DNA of 32,000 nt. Source: Crocosphaera subtropica ATCC 51142. GTDB taxonomy: Bacteria; Cyanobacteriota; Cyanobacteriia; Cyanobacteriales; Microcystaceae. Made by a program: the position numbers and the translations under genes. The notes beneath the pieces are model-generated. The model ran no database searches. It had not been told where the DNA came from and was given only the letters and a program-made list of their open reading frames with translations. Within the stretch, counting starts at the first letter, position 1; every line of letters starts with the position of its first letter. Location of the stretch: positions 4,560,001-4,592,000 of the forward strand of contig NC_010546.1 of NCBI RefSeq assembly GCF_000017845.1. Reading direction: 5' to 3'. Shown piece by piece: positions 28,092 through 32,000 of the stretch.

Positions 28092-29555
28092 ATGTTGAAA
28101 AAAATGCCTAAATCATTTCTCTTATTTTCTTCATTTTTACTAATATTCATTCTTTTTGTTATTCTTGTAAAAAATTTGTTGAATTTAGAAGAAAAAGAAC
28201 GGAATAAATTAACGTTAGAACAAAGGATTGATTTAGCATTAAATATTTCAAAATATCGAGCAATCGAAACCATCAACTATTTAACTAAACGGGGTGGAGT
28301 ACCTGGAAAAAAATTTCCGCAACGAACAAGAAAACCACCTTTTAGCAATAAAATATATCACTATTTTCCTGGGCTTTATTTTGCTCCTCAAAGTATGTGG
28401 GTTTATGGACAATCTCATCATTGGAGTGCAGGGGCTTTTCCTGCTTTATTATGGAAAGTTCAACAAGTTGAAACTGATTCAAGTATGAAAAAATATTGGC
28501 AAAAATATGCTAAAAATTGGTCAGAACCTTTACGTTCTATCAACTTTGATAAGATGAAAGATGTCACTATTAATAATGTATTTGTTTTTAGAGAATGGTA
28601 TGAAAATTCTAATGGAATAGAAAAAAAGCAACAGTTAGATACGATTTTCAATGCAACCAAAAAGCTTGCTCAACCATATAGTAATGGTAAAGGTGGTTTT
28701 CATGAAAAAATAGGTGCTTTTGGGAACCAACGTAAAGCAAACAGTTATAATCAACAAACGTATTGGCATATTTTTATAGATCATACTATCAATGTTGAAC
28801 AGTTACTTTGGTCTGCTAAACATAATCCAGATTTAGTTGAAACTGAATTGTGGCAAAACCAGGCAATCAGTCATATAAAAACCATTGGGAAAGCATTACA
28901 AACCCAACAAAAAAGTAACAATATTGGTGTTTGGCAAAGACTCTATTTTGATGATGATTTGAACGCTTCAACCTATGGACAGCTTTTATTCTCAGAAGGA
29001 AAACAAGGATGGCAAGATAATTCTATTTGGTCACGGGGTCAAGCTTGGTTTATTTATTCGGCTGCTATTACTTATTACTATACCCAAGATTCAGAAGTTT
29101 TAGAACTTGCTAAAGGGGCAATTAATTATTTTTTAGATAATCTGAGTTACCATGATTTTTATAGTAGGGTTACTAATGACAAAGATTATATTGCACCGTG
29201 GGATTTTGACTATGCTAAAGAAAAAAATCGGTACACAGAAAAAGATTCTTCTGCTTCAGCCATTGTTGCTGCTGGAATACTCAAATTACTGAAAACGTTG
29301 CCGAAATCCGATCCAGATTATACTAAATATGTTAACAGCGTCGAGAATATTCTTTGGGATTTAACTTCTTTAGCCTATTTACCTGACACCGATGAACCCA
29401 ATGCTAGTATTCTTAAATATGGCTGTTATGTTCATCCCAAAGCTGTCGTGGGGAGTTCTATAGAAATGTGTCGTCATGGGGTGATTTGGGGAGATTATTT
29501 TTTTGTTGATGCACTGATAGAATATAAAGATTTTTTAGAAAATAATGATCAATAA
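28092..29555 (+). CDS. Glycoside hydrolase family 88-like protein (unsaturated glucuronyl hydrolase type) with an N-terminal membrane anchor
   Basis: GH88-like blocks: HHWSAGAFPALLW, IFIDHTINVEQLLW, WSRGQAWFIYSAAITYYYT, APWDFD...KDSSASAIVAAGILKL and IWGDYFFVDALIEY. TM anchor FLLFSSFLLIFILFVILV. The track starts at a TTG (28059). The ATG at 28092 or 28104 is more plausible. Confidence 0.72.
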   Translation: MLKKMPKSFLLFSSFLLIFILFVILVKNLLNLEEKERNKLTLEQRIDLALNISKYRAIETINYLTKRGGVPGKKFPQRTRKPPFSNKIYHYFPGLYFAPQSMWVYGQSHHWSAGAFPALLWKVQQVETDSSMKKYWQKYAKNWSEPLRSINFDKMKDVTINNVFVFREWYENSNGIEKKQQLDTIFNATKKLAQPYSNGKGGFHEKIGAFGNQRKANSYNQQTYWHIFIDHTINVEQLLWSAKHNPDLVETELWQNQAISHIKTIGKALQTQQKSNNIGVWQRLYFDDDLNASTYGQLLFSEGKQGWQDNSIWSRGQAWFIYSAAITYYYTQDSEVLELAKGAINYFLDNLSYHDFYSRVTNDKDYIAPWDFDYAKEKNRYTEKDSSASAIVAAGILKLLKTLPKSDPDYTKYVNSVENILWDLTSLAYLPDTDEPNASILKYGCYVHPKAVVGSSIEMCRHGVIWGDYFFVDALIEYKDFLENNDQ

Positions 29556-29618
29556 AAAAAAGAGCATCTATAGTGTTTTGTTTAGCTACCCTTTTATGTA
29601 GCCAGTTAATTATCTCAT

Positions 29619-29650
29619 AAAAAATAAAAACCACCCTAATAATAGGGTGG
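29619..29650 (-). terminator. Rho-independent terminator (minus strand)
   Basis: The minus strand reads CCACCCT-ATTATT-AGGGTGG followed by TTTTTATTTTTT. The plus-strand orientation has no U-tract. Confidence 0.65.
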
Positions 29651-29821
29651 AGGAGGTCATCTGGTACATCTGAGGAGGAAATCTCGATGTAGGGAAAACT
29701 TTTGTTCTTGTTGTTCTTAATATCTCATGATTATGCTTTTGAAGTCTTCATCTATTTGGGTGAACTAACAAGATTAATCTGAAGCGATTTCTGATTTTTA
29801 ATCATGAACTCCTAACAAAAA

Positions 29822-29965
29822 TTAAGCTTGTTCTTCTGTGGTAATAGTATTACCGACGAGAGGATTCGATAAAGGAGTTCCCAAAATATAGTTAAAGAGG
29901 AAACCTGTCCCTACTAAGAACCCAAGAATAACAACTGTGTCAAATGTTATTTTTTTGATAGACAT
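29822..29965 (-). CDS. Candidate small membrane protein (47 aa)
   Basis: My own translation gives MSIKKITFDTVVILGFLVGTGFLFNYILGTPLSNPLVGNTITTEEQA*. There is an AGGAG Shine-Dalgarno sequence 9 nt upstream of the ATG and one clear TM helix. It is below the ORF-track cutoff, and I recognise no family. Confidence 0.5.
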   Translation of the reverse strand: MSIKKITFDTVVILGFLVGTGFLFNYILGTPLSNPLVGNTITTEEQA

Positions 29966-30093
29966 GGTTTCACACTCCTGTAGTGGCTGTCAATTTTTTT
30001 GCCCTCTACACTTACTAGAATACCTCTGAGCCTTGGGTCATTGCTTCATCCATGTTAGGGGTTATCACTCACCTATTTGGGTGAATATACATA

Positions 30094-30135
30094 GAGTTCG
30101 GAGTTTGGGGTTCGGGGTTCGGAGTTCGGAGTGAT
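30094..30135. repeat. Heptanucleotide tandem repeat, about 6 units (GAGTTCG/GGGTTCG)
   Basis: Reads GAGTTCG GAGTTTG GGGTTCG GGGTTCG GAGTTCG GAGTGAT directly. It resembles the short tandemly repeated heptamers (STRR-like) described in cyanobacteria. Confidence 0.85.
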
Positions 30136-30168
30136 GATTTTTTAGATGGTAACTGATGACTGATAACT

Positions 30169-30202
30169 AAAAAAAAGAGAGAGGACAACTATTGTCCCCT
30201 CT
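30169..30202 (-). terminator. Rho-independent terminator of the petN transcription unit
   Basis: The minus strand reads AGAGGGGACAA-TAG-TTGTCCTCTCT (11 bp including one G-U pair) followed by CTTTTTTTT. Confidence 0.75.
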
Positions 30203-30207
30203 AGGGT

Positions 30208-30351
30208 TTAGCGTTTGCTTTTTTTATCTCGGTCTCGACGACGACGATCGCGCCATTCTACGGTTGTTAGGTAGAGTATCCCCCCACTGACTAAAATCAG
30301 TAAAACAAAGCCAGTGAGAAAGAGTATATTGAGAAAATAAGATGTTTCCAC
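30208..30351 (-). CDS. Candidate small membrane protein (47 aa) immediately downstream of petN
   Basis: A GTG at 30349-30351 (reverse complement) lies 4 nt after the petN stop. Translation: (V/M)ETSYFLNILFLTGFVLLILVSGGILYLTTVEWRDRRRRDRDKKSKR*. It has one TM helix and a polybasic tail, and its stop is 6 nt before the terminator. Only non-ATG starts are available (the track's start at 30390 is a TTG inside petN), and there is no clear Shine-Dalgarno sequence. Confidence 0.4.
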   Translation of the reverse strand: METSYFLNILFLTGFVLLILVSGGILYLTTVEWRDRRRRDRDKKSKR

Positions 30352-30355
30352 AGTG

Positions 30356-30445
30356 TTAGAAACCGTTACGTCCCCAGACAACCATAGCAATAGACCAAGT
30401 GAATAAAGCTAACACGCTAACCCAACCGAGAGCTAAAATATCCAT
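30356..30445 (-). CDS. petN: Cytochrome b6f complex subunit PetN (29 aa). Absent from the ORF track.
   Basis: My own translation gives [29 protein letters not shown], nearly identical to canonical cyanobacterial PetN ([29 protein letters not shown]). Confidence 0.92.
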   Translation of the reverse strand: MDILALGWVSVLALFTWSIAMVVWGRNGF

Positions 30446-30539
30446 AGCGATTTATGTCTATAAAATGACGTGAGTATCAAAACGACACAAACTATGATAC
30501 TTCTATTTGGTGAGGTTGTGGATAGTAGAATCAATTACA

Positions 30540-30950
30540 ATGTCAAACTTAGAACGTATTGAGTCGGTCAAAGCAGGGTATTTAGGAGGAATGGCTTTTA
30601 CGGTTGCTTATGTCTTGATCTTAGCCATTAATTACAGCACTTGGGATGTTTCTGTTGCTGATGTCATTACTTTAGGGGTTAAAGTAGCGATCGCATTTAT
30701 TAGCGGTTTTCTCTTTGCTGTTACTTATCGTTACATTATTCGCACGGATAACAATGGTCATTTAAAAGATGGCGCAGTGTTGGCCTTTGGGTTAGTCAGG
30801 GGGTTGGTTCCAGTAGAACTCTCTTCTGATATTTTCCATCATTTAGGACAATTCGCTATCTTAGGGATAGAAAGTATTATTTGTTTTATGGTTGCTCGTG
30901 TTTGTTTAGAGTTTGCTTTTAAACGGGGTTGGATTAAACTATTTTCTTAA
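30540..30950 (+). CDS. Hypothetical integral membrane protein (about 136 aa, 4 TM)
   Basis: The ORF in the track starts at a TTG (30507). I prefer the ATG at 30540 (MSNLERIES...). There are four hydrophobic segments and a HIP1 site at 30687. Confidence 0.7.
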   Translation: MSNLERIESVKAGYLGGMAFTVAYVLILAINYSTWDVSVADVITLGVKVAIAFISGFLFAVTYRYIIRTDNNGHLKDGAVLAFGLVRGLVPVELSSDIFHHLGQFAILGIESIICFMVARVCLEFAFKRGWIKLFS

Positions 30951-30993
30951 AACTGAATTATTTAGTTATTAATTACTTATTATTCATTATGTT

Positions 30994-31806
30994 ATGAAGC
31001 TTCACATCACTATTAAAGGTCAAGGGTATCCGATTTTATGTTTACATGGTCATCCAGGTTCGGGTCATAGTTTATCGGTGTTTACTGACCATCTTTCTAA
31101 GCGGTTCTTAACTCTATCCCCTGACTTACGAGGATATGGAAACAGTCGTTATAGAAAGCAGTTTGACATGAGGGCTCATCTCATTGATTTAAAGGAATTA
31201 TTAGATGACTATAACATCGATCAATGTATTTTGTTAGGATGGTCTTTAGGGGGGATTTTAGCGTTAGAATTAATTTTACAATGTCCTGAAAAGTTCACCG
31301 GTTTGATTTTAATTGCTTCTGCTGCACGACCGTATGGGAATCATCCTAAAGTGAGTAATCAAGAATTAATTTATGCAGGAATAGCAGGGATTTTAAACTC
31401 TTTAAAACCAGGATGGCAATGGAATATTGATACCTTTGCCAAAAAGTCTTTATTTCGTTATTTAATTGGTCAACAAACTCCTGTGGCTTATGAATATTTA
31501 GCAAAGTATGGAGTCAAAGCCTATTTCCAAACATCTCAATTTGCTAATCAAGCTTTATCTAATGCGTTAAAAGCAAGCTATAATCGACTTGAGGAATTAG
31601 AAAAAATAGACATCCCTTGTTTAGTTTTAGCTGGTTCAGAAGATCGACATATTACTGCACAATCAAGCGAAGAAACAGCAAAGAATTTAAGAAAATCCCA
31701 ATATATCTGCTATCTTAATCATGCTCATCTTTTTCCTTGGGAAATACCCGAAAAAGTTCTAAAAGATATTGATCAATGGCTCAGTGAAAATAGAAATTAT
31801 AATTAA
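30994..31806 (+). CDS. Alpha/beta-fold hydrolase
   Basis: HGHPGS oxyanion-hole region, nucleophile elbow GWSLGG, and a C-terminal Asp/His region (GSEDRH...NHAHLFPWE). Confidence 0.85.
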   Translation: MKLHITIKGQGYPILCLHGHPGSGHSLSVFTDHLSKRFLTLSPDLRGYGNSRYRKQFDMRAHLIDLKELLDDYNIDQCILLGWSLGGILALELILQCPEKFTGLILIASAARPYGNHPKVSNQELIYAGIAGILNSLKPGWQWNIDTFAKKSLFRYLIGQQTPVAYEYLAKYGVKAYFQTSQFANQALSNALKASYNRLEELEKIDIPCLVLAGSEDRHITAQSSEETAKNLRKSQYICYLNHAHLFPWEIPEKVLKDIDQWLSENRNYN

Positions 31807-31863
31807 AAAATACTCCTAACTCAAGTTATGTTATATTTTAATAATTAAAAATAGAGAATTAAA

Positions 31864-32000
31864 ATGATCTCAAAAATTTTTCTGAGTTTACTGTGGATAG
31901 GATTTGTTATTTATGGTTTTTTCTTAGCCCCTCCAGGTCAACCGGATACTATAGAGTTGATTAAAAATCTATCAACTGGAAACTGGGATAATATTAACCC
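31864..32000 (+). CDS. Hypothetical membrane protein, N-terminal fragment. The gene runs off the right edge of the window.
   Basis: ATG at 31864 with the frame open to the window end: MISKIFLSLLWIGFVIYGFFLAPPGQPDTIELIKNLSTGNWDNIN... It has an N-terminal TM segment. Confidence 0.45.
   Translation, partial: MISKIFLSLLWIGFVIYGFFLAPPGQPDTIELIKNLSTGNWDNIN

Noticed and set aside
29672-29692. Plus-strand GAGGAGG followed 8 nt later by ATG-TAG (a start-stop mini-ORF)
   Set aside because: The adjacent terminator is oriented for the minus strand and no plus-strand gene follows. The GGAGG strings are more simply the complement of the minus-strand CCUCC motifs.
30094-30135. Possibility that the tandem repeats are a CRISPR array
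   Set aside because: The units are 7 nt long and contiguous with no spacers. No cas genes are present in the window.

Overview
This window is cyanobacterial chromosome. The octamer GCGATCGC (HIP1) occurs at least 17 times, far more than chance allows in this AT-rich DNA. The window also carries psbN, petN, an NtcA-type glnA promoter and a clpP-clpX pair. The composition suggests a unicellular Cyanothece/Crocosphaera-like organism, but that is inference only.

Most of the window is ordinary housekeeping. The recognisable genes are folB, a rhomboid protease, a HAL2/CysQ-type PAP phosphatase, murF, a sensor histidine kinase, glnA, a DEAD-box RNA helicase, rimO, clpX, clpP, aroB and an alpha/beta hydrolase.

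Three pockets look accessory:
- **9.3-14.4 kb:** an AT-rich, HIP1-free block. It encodes a GT-A-like protein, two sulfotransferases from different families, and a 783-aa membrane-anchored Asp-box/BNR multi-blade propeller.
- **17.0-19.1 kb:** three secreted PEP-CTERM-type proteins, two of them recent paralogs.
- **26.6-29.6 kb:** an XPB/Rad25-like helicase followed by a membrane-anchored GH88-like unsaturated glucuronyl hydrolase.

Together these suggest sulfated surface glycan or glycoprotein biology. That is the best candidate here for an uncharacterised system, but the link between the pockets is inference.

The 60-aa ORF track misses psbN (43 aa) and petN (29 aa). It also misses or mis-starts two candidate 47-aa membrane ORFs. 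The 29.6-30.2 kb gap holds a possible sRNA or 3' UTR with two CCUCCUC motifs, a repeated 17-nt near-palindrome and heptamer tandem repeats.

I saw no CRISPR array, tRNA, rRNA, transposase, integrase or recognisable defense or toxin-antitoxin module. All product calls rest on motif recognition by eye. No database search was run.
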